Shown here: in pieces, positions 1-9,043 of the stretch | Numbering within the stretch: position 1 is the stretch's first letter | How the letters are laid out: each line of letters begins with the position of its first letter | Assembly (NCBI GenBank): GCA_963738035.1 | Contig: CAVTVB010000008.1 | Location: 485,894 to 517,893 of the forward strand | Direction of reading: 5' to 3' | DNA from: an uncultured Acidobacteriaceae bacterium | Lineage (GTDB): Bacteria > Acidobacteriota > Terriglobia > Terriglobales > Acidobacteriaceae | DNA length: 32,000 bases | Program-made: the position numbers and the translations under genes | The notes under the pieces: generated by a model | Database searches by the model: none | Told to the model about the DNA's origin: nothing | The model's input: the letters and a program-made list of their open reading frames with translations, nothing else

Positions 1-391
1 GAGCAAGCCAGGCCCCTTCGGCTTTCACCCGGACGATCTGGCACAGGCCATCAAAACATCGCTCCCAACTAACTGAACATTGCCGCGTACAAAACACTGA
101 GAATTTGGCTGTTCCAGATCCATGCCCAAGGATCAGTAACGGGAGTCGGCTCGTGTCCGTCGATCTGCCGAGGCCTGATCTCGGGCTGGCGATCAGAGGC
201 CAATGCGATCATCGAGCAATTTGGCCCGCGCTTGGCACCTGGACGTAAAGCCGGCTGTTCGTAGATGTGACTGTCTTACCCGTTTGAGCGCGCAAATCCT
301 CTAAATCGGATCTCCGACTGTGTACCAAAATTGTGTACCACCAAGAGCGCCTTCTCCAGCTAAGGGGCGCCAGCAGAAATTTCAACCCAGC

Positions 392-415
392 AAAAAGCCC
401 GCTGAATTAGCGGGC
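392..415 (-). terminator. Rho-independent terminator downstream of tRNA-Glu
   Basis: Minus strand reads GCCCGCT-AATTC-AGCGGGC (7-bp GC-rich stem, 409-415 / 397-403), followed directly by TTTTT (396-392). It lies 17 nt past the tRNA 3' end. Confidence 0.75.
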
Positions 416-431
416 CTTAGCGAATCTTATT

Positions 432-506
432 TGGTAGCGCTAACGGGAATCGAACCCGTGTTTTAAGATTGAGAATCTCACGTCCTAACCCCTAGACGAT
501 AGCGCC
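432..506 (-). tRNA. tRNA-Glu (anticodon CUC), CCA encoded
   Basis: Reverse complement is GGCGCTATCGTCTAGGGGTTAGGACGTGAGATTCTCAATCTTAAAACACGGGTTCGATTCCCGTTAGCGCTACCA. It folds as a cloverleaf: 7-bp acceptor stem, D arm GTC/GAC, anticodon stem TGAGA/TCTTA with loop TTCTCAA (anticodon CTC), and T arm ACGGG-TTCGATT-CCCGT. Confidence 0.93.
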
Positions 507-595
507 ACATATGGAGGGGGCAGCCTTAAAGCCGCCTTCTTAATCTATCAAATAATCAACGCTATGCCAAAGCCGACCACGCCCTCAAGCCCAGG

Positions 596-871
596 TCAAA
601 TCCCCAGTTTCCGCACTTCGTCGTTGTAATACTTGCGGTAAAGGATCTCCCACTCTTGCGAGCCTTCGAGGATGATCTTGCGCTGCGAGGCAATCTTCTG
701 CCGTGCCGCGGCGTCGATCCGCGCTTCTTCCATCAGCAGGGCCTCAAGCGCTTTACGCGCCTCCTGGCGAATCGTGTTGCGATCCTCATTAAAGCCGACA
801 GCGTCGATGTCGGCCAGAGTATCGGCCACGGTGTGTGCCAGCTTGTTGAGCTTGTCGCGGTTAATCCTCAT
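596..871 (-). CDS. Small helical charged protein, DUF507-like (second of a pair)
   Basis: 91-aa ORF. The EGSQEWEILYRKYY region and overall pattern resemble DUF507 as I remember it. It is paralogous to the upstream ORF. Its ATG overlaps the upstream stop (ATGA at 871-868). Confidence 0.7.
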   Translation of the reverse strand: MRINRDKLNKLAHTVADTLADIDAVGFNEDRNTIRQEARKALEALLMEEARIDAAARQKIASQRKIILEGSQEWEILYRKYYNDEVRKLGI

Positions 872-1146
872 AGCACCGCCTTGTACTTCTTGGCGAGCTC
901 GGTCTTCACCTTCTTGAACATCTCGGCGTATTGCGCACCCGATTTGCGCATCTCCTCGGAATACGCGTCGAGGATCACGCGCACTTCTTCGTTGATGCGG
1001 TCCTCGAGCGCAAGCTCCTCAGTGAGGCCCTCCGTGACGCGCGCCTCTGTGCCCTTCAAGTCACTTGTGGTGATGAGCTTGGCATCGAGGAGGTGCTTGA
1101 CCGTACGGCGGGCGAGATACCCAATGTATTCGCGAGAAAAAATCAT
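868..1146 (-). CDS. Small helical charged protein, DUF507-like (first of a pair)
   Basis: 92-aa ORF. It shares the M-x-x-S/N-R-E/D, then L-A, then E-E/D-x-I-N/D-x-E/A layout with the 596-871 product and is translationally coupled to it. Confidence 0.7.
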   Translation of the reverse strand: MIFSREYIGYLARRTVKHLLDAKLITTSDLKGTEARVTEGLTEELALEDRINEEVRVILDAYSEEMRKSGAQYAEMFKKVKTELAKKYKAVL

Positions 1147-1215
1147 GAGCTAAACTTCAGGATACCGCATCGGACCGGCTAGTGTACACAACGCAAAATC
1201 GCGGGACGAATGCGA

Positions 1216-1566
1216 TTAACCGCGATGCGGGCACGTCTTGGTATTGATGCAGGCATCGGCCAGGCGAAGCCTCTCCACCGGGCGGCCATTTACCAGGTGC
1301 TCCTGCACTATCTCCGCGGCATCTTCCGGCTTCACATGCCCGTACCAGACAGCCTCGGGATACACGACTACGGTGGGCCCGTGCTCGCACTGATCAAGGC
1401 AACCAGACTTGTTAATACGGACGGCATTTCCTAGGCCGGCGGCCTTGGCGAGTTGTTGCAACTGCGTGTGCAGTTCGCTCTTTCCATCGGTCGTGCACGA
1501 GGGCCTTGGAGCACCTTCTGGACGGGTATTATGGCAAACGAAAACGTGGTGTTCGAACAGGGGCAA
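1216..1566 (-). CDS. Thioredoxin-like [2Fe-2S] ferredoxin
   Basis: 116 aa. It has HVFVCHNTR...SC...SGCLDQCEHGPTVVVYPEAVWYG, with four Cys in the spacing typical of the 2Fe-2S thioredoxin-like ferredoxin family. Confidence 0.8.
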   Translation of the reverse strand: MPLFEHHVFVCHNTRPEGAPRPSCTTDGKSELHTQLQQLAKAAGLGNAVRINKSGCLDQCEHGPTVVVYPEAVWYGHVKPEDAAEIVQEHLVNGRPVERLRLADACINTKTCPHRG

Positions 1567-1670
1567 GCGTCACTCCTCCAGACTTCAGCTTACAGGGCCA
1601 AACCCGGCGCAAACTTTCCACATTTGCGACTGCTCACCCCGCCCCCATCTGAGAGAATGATTCCTTGACT

Positions 1671-2153
1671 ATGAGCACGGACAATCTTCTGTCGCTGAAA
1701 GACGATATGGTGGCCTTCATTGAAGGTCACGGTCTCGTGCGTCTTCCAGGCTACGTCACCGAAGACATTCCATCGGTTGTGTGGGAAGGCGAAGGCAATC
1801 CCGACGCGTGGAAAGACTTCGTGGAGATGGCCAAACACGTCGGTGCACCGTTCGTCACCTTCAGTGAAATGCGTCTCGATCGCGAAGAACTCGATCACCT
1901 CATCGAAGAGGCCGGCGAGATGAACTTCCCCGACGAGGAAGCCTCCGAGCTTGTGGAAGCGCAGTGGCTGCGTAAATATGCCGGCATGGTCGGTTACATC
2001 CAGCTTGGCTTCATCTACCAGGGCATTGTTTTTCTGCACGAGACCACCACCGAGTGGTACGAGCGTTTCCAGTCGCTCCTTGAAGATGTCGAGAGCTTTA
2101 ACGACATCATCATCGACGACCACGATCACGAACACGACGAAGAGGACGAGTAA
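1671..2153 (+). CDS. Hypothetical protein with strongly acidic His/Asp/Glu C-terminal tail
   Basis: The ORF opens at TTG 1665 and the first ATG is at 1671. Codon usage looks coding. The tail is IIIDDHDHEHDEEDE. I recognise no family. The stop is 5 nt before the recJ start. Confidence 0.6.
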   Translation: MSTDNLLSLKDDMVAFIEGHGLVRLPGYVTEDIPSVVWEGEGNPDAWKDFVEMAKHVGAPFVTFSEMRLDREELDHLIEEAGEMNFPDEEASELVEAQWLRKYAGMVGYIQLGFIYQGIVFLHETTTEWYERFQSLLEDVESFNDIIIDDHDHEHDEEDE

Positions 2154-2158
2154 TCGCG

Positions 2159-3943
2159 GTGAGCGCGACGGGCGCAGTTCAGAACAGCGCCGCATTTCTC
2201 GCAACGCCACGCCAGCGCTGGATTCTCGCTGAGCCTCATCCGCAGGATGCCGCAGCGCTCGCAGAATCCGCCCGCATCCCCGTTATCCTCGCCGAACTTC
2301 TTGTGGCTCGCGGCATCACCACATCCAGCGAAGCCTTCGCCTTCCTTAATCCTGAAGTGGCCCATCTGAACGACCCCCTGCTGATGCTCGGCATGAAGAC
2401 CGCCGTGGAACGCGTCGAAGCGGCCATCGCGCGCAAGGAACCCATCCTGCTCTACGGCGACTACGACGTGGACGGAACCACCGCCGTCGTTTTGCTCAAA
2501 ACCACAATTGAATTACTCGGCGGCGAGGTTCGCTTCCACGTGCCGCATCGCCTTCGCGAGGGATACGGTCTGCAATCGGCCGTGCTCGAGGCCGCGCATG
2601 CCGAGGGCGTTCGGCTGGTGATCACAGTCGACACCGGCATGCGCGCCTTCGCCGAAGCTGAAACCGCGAAACGGCTCGGCCTCGACCTCATCATCACCGA
2701 CCATCATCTATCGCGATCAGACGATGCTGTTCCAATTGCGTTGGCCATCCTCAACCCCAACCAGCACAACTGCAGCTATCCCGAGAAATCGCTCTGCGGC
2801 GCGTCAATCGCACTGAAGCTTGCGCAGGCCCTGCTGGAGCGCCACGATGCCGATCGCACACGCGAGAAATTGCTGCCGAGTTTTCTGAAGATGGCCGCCA
2901 TCGCCACCATCGCCGATGCTGTTCCGTTGCGCGGCGAAAATCGCGTGATCGCCGCGCTCGGTCTGCGCGAACTGCGCAAGCCGGTCGGAGCGGGCCTTCG
3001 CGCGCTGTTCGCGGCCGCCCAGCTCAATGTCGCAACCAAGCCGATCACCAGCTTCGATATCGCCTTCCGCATCGCGCCCCGGATCAATGCCGCGGGCCGC
3101 ATGGACGTGGCTTCGGAGATCATCGAACTCTTCTGCACCCGCGATTCGGCGCGGGCCAACGAACTCGCCAACAAGCTTGAGCGCCTGAATCGCGACCGCC
3201 GCGACACGGAAGCAACGGCTCTTGCGGCGATTGAAACGCGGCTCGCCACCGATGAAGAATTAGCGGCTGCGCGCCTCGTGGTTGTCGATGGCGACGGCTG
3301 GCATCGCGGCGTCATCGGCATTCTTGCTTCACGGGTGGTGGAACGCACCGCCAAACCCGCGCTGGTCATCAGCGTTGAAGACGGTATCGCGCACGGTTCC
3401 GGCCGATCGGTCGATGGATTCCAATTGCTCAACGCCATTGAGACCTGCGCCGATCTCTTCACGCGCTTCGGCGGACACGCTTTTGCCGTTGGCTTCGCGC
3501 TGCCCGCCGCATCATTGCCAGAACTCAAGCGTCGCCTTGCCGAATGCGCCGCCGAACGTCTCGCCGAGCGCGAACCCGAGCGCGTGCTGACAATCCACGC
3601 TGAACTTGCCCTCGATCAGATCACCGCGGTGCTGGCCGGATGGTTGCGCAAGCTCGAGCCGCTGGGCCACGGCAATCTCGAGCCCATCTTTGTTGCGCGA
3701 AACACCCGCCTCGTCTCCGCGCCGCGCATTATGAAAGAACGCCACCTCCGCCTGGAGTTAGCGCAGGAAGAAGGTGCGGCACCAATTCGCGCTGTGGGTT
3801 GGGATATGGCTGCGCGGTCTGACGAATTGGGCCTCGCGCAAGGCTCGCGCATCGATGTCGCCTATCGTATCCGAGAAAATCTTCATCCCGACTTCGGCGG
3901 TCTCGAAATCGAAATCGCGGGGCTTCAACTGCCGGCAGGCTGA
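2159..3943 (+). CDS. recJ: Single-stranded-DNA-specific exonuclease RecJ
   Basis: 594 aa with a GTG start. DHH-family motifs are LLYGDYDVDGTTAV, VITVDTG and ITDHH, followed by a DHHA1-like region (GGHAFAVGF) and a C-terminal OB-like domain. Confidence 0.93.
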   Translation: MSATGAVQNSAAFLATPRQRWILAEPHPQDAAALAESARIPVILAELLVARGITTSSEAFAFLNPEVAHLNDPLLMLGMKTAVERVEAAIARKEPILLYGDYDVDGTTAVVLLKTTIELLGGEVRFHVPHRLREGYGLQSAVLEAAHAEGVRLVITVDTGMRAFAEAETAKRLGLDLIITDHHLSRSDDAVPIALAILNPNQHNCSYPEKSLCGASIALKLAQALLERHDADRTREKLLPSFLKMAAIATIADAVPLRGENRVIAALGLRELRKPVGAGLRALFAAAQLNVATKPITSFDIAFRIAPRINAAGRMDVASEIIELFCTRDSARANELANKLERLNRDRRDTEATALAAIETRLATDEELAAARLVVVDGDGWHRGVIGILASRVVERTAKPALVISVEDGIAHGSGRSVDGFQLLNAIETCADLFTRFGGHAFAVGFALPAASLPELKRRLAECAAERLAEREPERVLTIHAELALDQITAVLAGWLRKLEPLGHGNLEPIFVARNTRLVSAPRIMKERHLRLELAQEEGAAPIRAVGWDMAARSDELGLAQGSRIDVAYRIRENLHPDFGGLEIEIAGLQLPAG

Positions 3944-3975
3944 TCCACACCTGCAGAATCTGCATCCGGATGCAC

Positions 3976-4005
3976 GAAAGCCCACGGCACAAACCGTGGG
4001 CTTTC
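3976..4005. terminator. Bidirectional hairpin terminator between convergent recJ and the YXWGXW gene
   Basis: Perfect 12-bp stem GAAAGCCCACGG / CCGTGGGCTTTC with loop CACAAA. The stem ends in a short T-run (CTTTC) on both strands. It sits between two converging stop codons. Confidence 0.7.
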
Positions 4006-4025
4006 ATCATTGCTGCAACACACGC

Positions 4026-5120
4026 TTAATTGTGCGGCTTTTGCTCGTGCTGCGGGTGGCCCTGTCCGCCGCCGCCATGCTCCTGGGGAGCCTGCCGCGC
4101 CTGGTCGTGAGGTTGTTCGTGGTTGCCGTGCGGCTGCTGAGGGTTTCCATGCGGCTGCTCAAAGTTGCCGCGCGGCTGCTGAGAGTTCCCGTGCGCTGGT
4201 TTGTTATAGCCGTTCTGCTGTTGATATTGCTGCTGATGCATCTGCTGCTCTTGATGCTGTTGTTGCTGCTGACGCACTAGTTGCTCTTGATGCTGTTGCT
4301 GTTGATGCAGCTCTTGCTGCTGATGCTGTTGCTGATATTGCGGTCGACCCTCTGCGCCGTGGTTGTTGTTGAAGGAGTTCGGCTGTTGCGGCCGCATGTT
4401 GCTTTGCGCGCCATGATTGTTGTTGTAGCCCATGGGGCGCTCCGCGGCCACGGTGTGCGGATTTCCGCCGTTGTTCTTCGCGTAGAAGCTGCGATCGGAA
4501 CGCGCCGCCTGAAAATGCTGCTGCTGAAGTGGAGTCGCGCCGATGTGCCTTTCGTGCATTGCATGCAGCTCGTCGGAAGAAGGATCGTGCCGGATTCCGC
4601 CGGGGCCGCCGCTATATGCCACGCGACGTTCGTTCACGATTGTGTTGTGCTGCACCACGGTGCGATCGACATAGGTGTTGTGGATGTAAACATTGTTTAC
4701 GCGCACAACTGCGGTGTTGTATTCGAAACCATGGTTGTGCCATCTGCCGCCGACAAAGCCAACACCCATGTAGCCGAATCCGTAGTTCACGCCGCCATAG
4801 AAGCCTACGTGCGGTCCCCAATATCCGGGATGGAAGACGTAAATTCCGCTTGACCAGCCCCAGTAAGGCGGCGTCCACAATGCGCCTTCATACGGTGCAG
4901 GTACCCACGCACCGGGAACCCAGTAGTAGCCTTCATCGCCGTAGGCCCAATACCCCGGCGTCCACAACCACCCAGGCTGCGGGCATGGGGGCTGTTCGTA
5001 TACCGGCAGCACCGGCGGAGCAATGTTGACGCTGATCAAAACGCCCGCGAAAGAAGATGCGGGAACCAGAGAAAGCAGAAGCGCCAAAAACATCCAGCGC
5101 GATTTGCGAAGTAAATCCAT
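4026..5120 (-). CDS. Secreted YXWGXW/WXXGXW-repeat protein with Gln/His-rich low-complexity C-terminus
   Basis: I chose the ATG at 5120, preceded by GAGGAGGA. The ORF could extend to 5207, but that extension lacks a signal peptide. Signal peptide is MDLLRKSRWMFLALLLSLVPASSFA. Repeats are PGYWAYGDEGYYWVPGAWV, YWGW and HPGYWGPHVGFYGG. The tail is QQQHQQQELHQQQQHQEQ... followed by (Q/E)QPHGNx heptads. Confidence 0.8.
   Translation of the reverse strand: MDLLRKSRWMFLALLLSLVPASSFAGVLISVNIAPPVLPVYEQPPCPQPGWLWTPGYWAYGDEGYYWVPGAWVPAPYEGALWTPPYWGWSSGIYVFHPGYWGPHVGFYGGVNYGFGYMGVGFVGGRWHNHGFEYNTAVVRVNNVYIHNTYVDRTVVQHNTIVNERRVAYSGGPGGIRHDPSSDELHAMHERHIGATPLQQQHFQAARSDRSFYAKNNGGNPHTVAAERPMGYNNNHGAQSNMRPQQPNSFNNNHGAEGRPQYQQQHQQQELHQQQQHQEQLVRQQQQQHQEQQMHQQQYQQQNGYNKPAHGNSQQPRGNFEQPHGNPQQPHGNHEQPHDQARQAPQEHGGGGQGHPQHEQKPHN
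4122..4205. repeat. Four tandem 21-bp repeats inside the YXWGXW gene, followed by a CTG/CAG-rich tract to about 4340
   Basis: Units are GTTGCCGTGCGGCTGCTGAGG / GTTTCCATGCGGCTGCTCAAA / GTTGCCGCGCGGCTGCTGAGA / GTTCCCGTGCGCTGGTTTGTT. They encode the heptad (Q/E)QP(H/R)GNx on the minus strand. Confidence 0.8.
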
Positions 5121-5446
5121 GAAGTCCTCCTCTAACTCATTAACCCGCACGCGAGCAGCATTCCAGTTGTGCCGCCCACGGGCTTGCGGGTCTTGGGCAG
5201 TATTCAACTCTGCAACGTGAACAGCTTCAAGGCGGGGAAAAATAAAATAAGCTTCTTGCCGCCGGCCTGTTTTATAAGGCCAATCATGTTTGATGCACTT
5301 GCTGCATATTCAGACTACGCAGAGGTAAACCCAGGACGCCACGGAAAGTTGCACCGCAGCTGGGCACTTTAGTTATGCCGATTTAGGTAGTTCGCAGAGG
5401 ACAGGCAACTTAGCAGCCTGGCCCGTCCGCGAGATGATCAATATAG

Positions 5447-6415
5447 CTAGTAGCGATAGCTAAGGCCCGTTCCGAAGACACTGTTGGCCTTCAGATCGAT
5501 GGGGACGACCACGAATGGTGGATTTGGTACGCCGGTCGGAACAGCAGTATGGCCGATGACTCCCGCGACGTGTCCGATACCAATATCAAACGCAAAGTGC
5601 GGATTTTCCTTTTGCGTTACGCGCACCGCGTAGTCCATCGTGGTCGGAATGTGCGCGCCAGAGCCGGGAGGATACAGGATCGGAGCAAGGTTCACCACGT
5701 TTGGAGGCTCCTGCGTAAATCCGATCGCGGGCACCGCGGCCAGATTATGTCCGAGCGGAATCGGAATGCCGAGACCGCCGAAGAGCCGTCCCATGAATCG
5801 CGTGGACTGCCCGCCCAAGCCGAAGATGGACGCATTGGTGAACTTCAGGCCAAAGTTCAAAAGAAACGGAACCGGTGGCTTCAGATATGTTTTGGAAGCC
5901 GCCACGTACACATCTTCATTGGTGTACGACTTCAGTTCCCCATAGAGCTTCTCGTTGAGCGCGCCGCTTACAAACTTGTCGCCAGTGCGCACAACGACTC
6001 CGGCAGCAAAACCCGGCGTCCACTCGCCCCATTGTCCCTCTTTGATCGCCACCACCTTGCCATTGAAGACATTCATTCCGTCGTAGTCCCACAGGCTGCT
6101 GAATGCCGGACTGTTGCCTTTAAAGTGCACGCTTCGCGTATAGCCAAATTCGGCGCGGTTCGCAATTCCCTCTTCAATCGAAAACGTGTGTACGTAGCCA
6201 ATCACGCTCGAAGCATTCACAAAGTGGTAGCCAACTGCCGGATGCGACCAAACGTGATCCTTCTCCGACAAGACCACGTAGGCCGTCGGCGTGATAAAGC
6301 CGCCAGTCTGACCCTCAAGCGTCAGGTTCTGCGCATGGATACGTGCGGAAGCAAACAATGCCGCCGCAAGGGCTCCGCCGGCGGCGAGCCTTTTCAATAG
6401 AGAGAGCGTTAACAT
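5447..6415 (-). CDS. Putative outer-membrane beta-barrel protein
   Basis: 322 aa. GGAG lies 7 nt upstream of the ATG. Signal peptide is MLTLSLLKRLAAGGALAAALFASARIHAQ. The body has an alternating beta-strand pattern, and the C-terminus GTGLSYRY ends in an aromatic residue as in OMPs. Confidence 0.7.
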   Translation of the reverse strand: MLTLSLLKRLAAGGALAAALFASARIHAQNLTLEGQTGGFITPTAYVVLSEKDHVWSHPAVGYHFVNASSVIGYVHTFSIEEGIANRAEFGYTRSVHFKGNSPAFSSLWDYDGMNVFNGKVVAIKEGQWGEWTPGFAAGVVVRTGDKFVSGALNEKLYGELKSYTNEDVYVAASKTYLKPPVPFLLNFGLKFTNASIFGLGGQSTRFMGRLFGGLGIPIPLGHNLAAVPAIGFTQEPPNVVNLAPILYPPGSGAHIPTTMDYAVRVTQKENPHFAFDIGIGHVAGVIGHTAVPTGVPNPPFVVVPIDLKANSVFGTGLSYRY

Positions 6416-6740
6416 TCAAATACTCCAATTAAGCGCGATCAAGCGCCCGCAATCTTCCCAACCAGTTCGAAGAAGCCGCGAGGTGACTTGTGATGTGTGC
6501 GGGATTTTCTGTCAGCCGGGCGCCCCGGCGACTGCAGTAGTTGTCGAAAGGGTAAGGCCCTTTACCTACTGCAAACAAACCTGCAGCAGGACCGAAGAAA
6601 AACCGTGCGGCACACCGGCCGTCGAACCGGATTACTCCGACCTCGAATTGAGAATCACCTGTTTGTAACACAAATTCATCCGCATCGTCACCGGCACACG
6701 ACACAGGCGGCGCGTTACATACGGGTGGTAGACTCTCGGC

Positions 6741-7409
6741 ATGCCGCGCGGATTGTTCATCACCCTTGAAGGCCTCGACGGCTCCGGCAAAACCACGCAA
6801 ATCAAGCGCTTGGCGGCGTGGATGCAAAAGCGCGGCCTCGACCCGATCATCACCCGCCAGCCCGGCGGCACACCCACGGGCGACCGAATTCGGGCCCTCC
6901 TGCTGGACTCCAGTTCTACCCCGCTCGCGCCCATGACCGAAATGGCGCTCATGTTCGCCGATCGCGCCCAAGCCATCGCCGAAGTTATTGAGCCCGCACT
7001 CGCCGCCGGAAAGGTGGTCCTCTGCGATCGCTTCACTGACTCCACCGAGGCCTACCAGGGCGGCGGCCGTCAACTCGGCTCAGAGCGCGTGCTCGATCTG
7101 CACCGTCTCGTCTGCCGAAATCTTCAACCCGACCTCACGCTGCTCCTGCTGCCCTCGCTCGATTCGAGCCTCGCCCGCGCGCGCAACCGAAACGAACGCA
7201 CTGTCGCTCAAACCGGCAAAGACGAAAACCGATTCGAGCTTGAGCAAGGCGAATTCTTCAAACGCGTCTGGGAAAAATACCGCGAGATCGGCCGTCGCGA
7301 TGCTGATCGCGTCGTCCTGATCGAAGGCAACCTCAGCATCGATGAGGTCCACGAGCAGATCATTGAAGCCGTCTCAGAACGCCTGGTGACGACGCAACGT
7401 TCCGCGTGA
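6741..7409 (+). CDS. tmk: Thymidylate (dTMP) kinase
   Basis: 222 aa. P-loop FITLEGLDGSGKTTQ, then TRQPGGTP and a DRF motif. Confidence 0.93.
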   Translation: MPRGLFITLEGLDGSGKTTQIKRLAAWMQKRGLDPIITRQPGGTPTGDRIRALLLDSSSTPLAPMTEMALMFADRAQAIAEVIEPALAAGKVVLCDRFTDSTEAYQGGGRQLGSERVLDLHRLVCRNLQPDLTLLLLPSLDSSLARARNRNERTVAQTGKDENRFELEQGEFFKRVWEKYREIGRRDADRVVLIEGNLSIDEVHEQIIEAVSERLVTTQRSA

Positions 7410-7705
7410 GATGACGCCGATTGACCGTGCAACCGACTTTTCGTTTGCATTCAAGCGACATCTACGGTTGATTCGCCGGCCTCGTAACATTTTCAGTGGG
7501 ATTGTCACAACGAGATTGGCACTGCGCGACATTCAAATTACATCTGCACGGAGCTCATGTCGCGTCCTTTAACCTTCTTTTCAACTGTCCGCAACATACG
7601 ACTGCTACGAATCTCCATGCGGCAGGTTGAAGGCGCCGGCTTCACTCTGAGTGAGGTCTAACGCCTTCCGCCACTGCCCGCAATTCCCCAACACCCGAGG
7701 TTTAC

Positions 7706-8959
7706 ATGCAGAGCTTCACCCGCCTCCGCCCTCTTGCAGGGCTCGCACTCATGGCTGCGCTCACCTGTGCCAGCGCCGTCGCCGAGGATAATCACGACGA
7801 TCAAAACAGCCGGGAAATCAAACACGTCTTTGTTATCGCCATGGAAAATCACAACTGGACCCAGCCGGTAACGTTGGCCGGAAAGATTCAGCCAATCTTT
7901 CAAAATCCGAATGCCCCGTTCATCAACAGTCTCGTCAGCGGAACGGCAGTCGCATGGATCAACGGCAAGCCGGTGAACATCAGCGAGCACACAGCCTATG
8001 CCGCGTCGTACCACAACGTCCTGGCCACGCAGGGCGGCAGCAACCCGCACATTCACCCCTCTGAACCCAACTACATTTGGGCAGAAGCGGGCACCAACTT
8101 CGGCATCGCCAACGATGATGATCCCTACCGGGACACTCCACCGAACGCACAGAACACCACCCAGCACCTTACCGGCCTGCTGCAGAAGGAGGGGAGAACC
8201 TGGAAGTCGTATCAGGAAGACATCGATCTTGCGACGGTGAACGGCAAACTCACCAATGTGCCTCTTCCGCAGAGCCAGTGGACCGTTCCGCTGGTCAGCT
8301 TCAGCGGCGTCTTCGATTCCAACAGCCTGCTGAACGAGTACAACGATTCGCTGCAATATAACTACGCTGCCAAGCACAATCCGATGGCGTTCTTCGCTGA
8401 CACCAACGGAGGCAACAACACGACAACGTCAAATCCGCTCGCCGACAATTACGCCCCGCTCCAGCAACTGGCCGTTGACCTGGACAACAACAAGGTCGCC
8501 GACTACGTGTGGATCACGCCTAACCAATACAACGATCAGCACAGCGCCTTGAGCGCCCCATTCGCGGGTCTCACTGGCGATAGCTCGCAACTCAAGGTGG
8601 GCGACAACGCTTTGGCCCGCCTGGTGCCGATGATTATGGCCTCGAAGGCGTACAAAGACGGCGGAGTCATCATTCTCTGGTGGGACGAGAGCGAAGGCGA
8701 CGGCGAGACCGGCGACAATCCTGACGACTTCAACCACACTATCCCCGAGATCGTCATCTCCAACCTCGCCCACGCCAACGAGAACGGCATGCCCTATGCC
8801 AGCCCCGTCGACCTGACGCACTCCTCCGATTTGCGCACTCTGCAGAACATCTTCCACGTGAGAGCAAAGAGCGGGTCATCGCCCTATCTGGGTGACGCGG
8901 CCAACGCAACTGACCTGTCAGACCTGTTCGCCCCCGGCGTTATTCCCTCGCGTCCGTGA
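7706..8959 (+). CDS. Secreted phosphoesterase-family protein (phospholipase C / acid phosphatase AcpA-like)
   Basis: 417 aa. GAGG lies upstream of the ATG. Signal peptide ends CASAVA. Motifs VFVIAMENHNW, ITPNQYNDQHS and IILWWDESEG match the phosphoesterase family pattern. Confidence 0.75.
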   Translation: MQSFTRLRPLAGLALMAALTCASAVAEDNHDDQNSREIKHVFVIAMENHNWTQPVTLAGKIQPIFQNPNAPFINSLVSGTAVAWINGKPVNISEHTAYAASYHNVLATQGGSNPHIHPSEPNYIWAEAGTNFGIANDDDPYRDTPPNAQNTTQHLTGLLQKEGRTWKSYQEDIDLATVNGKLTNVPLPQSQWTVPLVSFSGVFDSNSLLNEYNDSLQYNYAAKHNPMAFFADTNGGNNTTTSNPLADNYAPLQQLAVDLDNNKVADYVWITPNQYNDQHSALSAPFAGLTGDSSQLKVGDNALARLVPMIMASKAYKDGGVIILWWDESEGDGETGDNPDDFNHTIPEIVISNLAHANENGMPYASPVDLTHSSDLRTLQNIFHVRAKSGSSPYLGDAANATDLSDLFAPGVIPSRP

Positions 8960-8998
8960 TCAACCCGTCGTCCCCTCCCCCGGCAATCCAACAACAAC

Positions 8999-9041
8999 GC
9001 GGACGGCGCGGAGTCTCCTGACTCTGCGCCGCTCGCGTTTT
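8999..9041 (+). terminator. Rho-independent terminator of the phosphoesterase gene
   Basis: 17-bp stem GCGGACGGCGCGGAGTC / GACTCTGCGCCGCTCGC (one mismatch, two G-U pairs) with loop TCCT, followed by GTTTT. Confidence 0.75.
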
Positions 9042-9043
9042 CA

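Noticed and set aside
1-75. Left-edge plus-strand reading frame ending ...GFHPDDLAQAIKTSLPTN*
   Set aside because: Only 24 codons are visible and no motif is recognisable. It cannot be told apart from a chance open frame.
137-157. TAACGGGAGTCGGCTCGTGT resembles the tRNA-Glu 3' region TAACGGGAATCGAACCCGTGT, so it could be an att-type partial duplication
   Set aside because: Only an 8-mer plus short blocks match, and a gap is needed. A match of this size is expected by chance in 430 bp. The enclosed segment (about 275 bp) contains nothing mobile.
3774-4853. Three plus-strand Leu/Ala-rich ORFs (168, 120 and 190 aa)
   Set aside because: They are the reverse-complement reading of the CAG/CAA/CAC-rich tail and body of the YXWGXW gene. 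They have no start context and no motifs.
5274-5286. 13-mer ATAAGGCCAATCA shared with the REP-like element (9106-9118)
   Set aside because: The similarity does not extend beyond the 13-mer. One such match between intergenic regions of this total length is close to chance expectation.
7502-7522. Direct repeat TTGTCAC / TTGGCAC upstream of the phosphoesterase gene, considered as a Pho box
   Set aside because: The repeats are 14 bp apart rather than the 11-bp phasing of PhoB boxes. They also lie about 190 bp from the start codon, so the evidence is insufficient.
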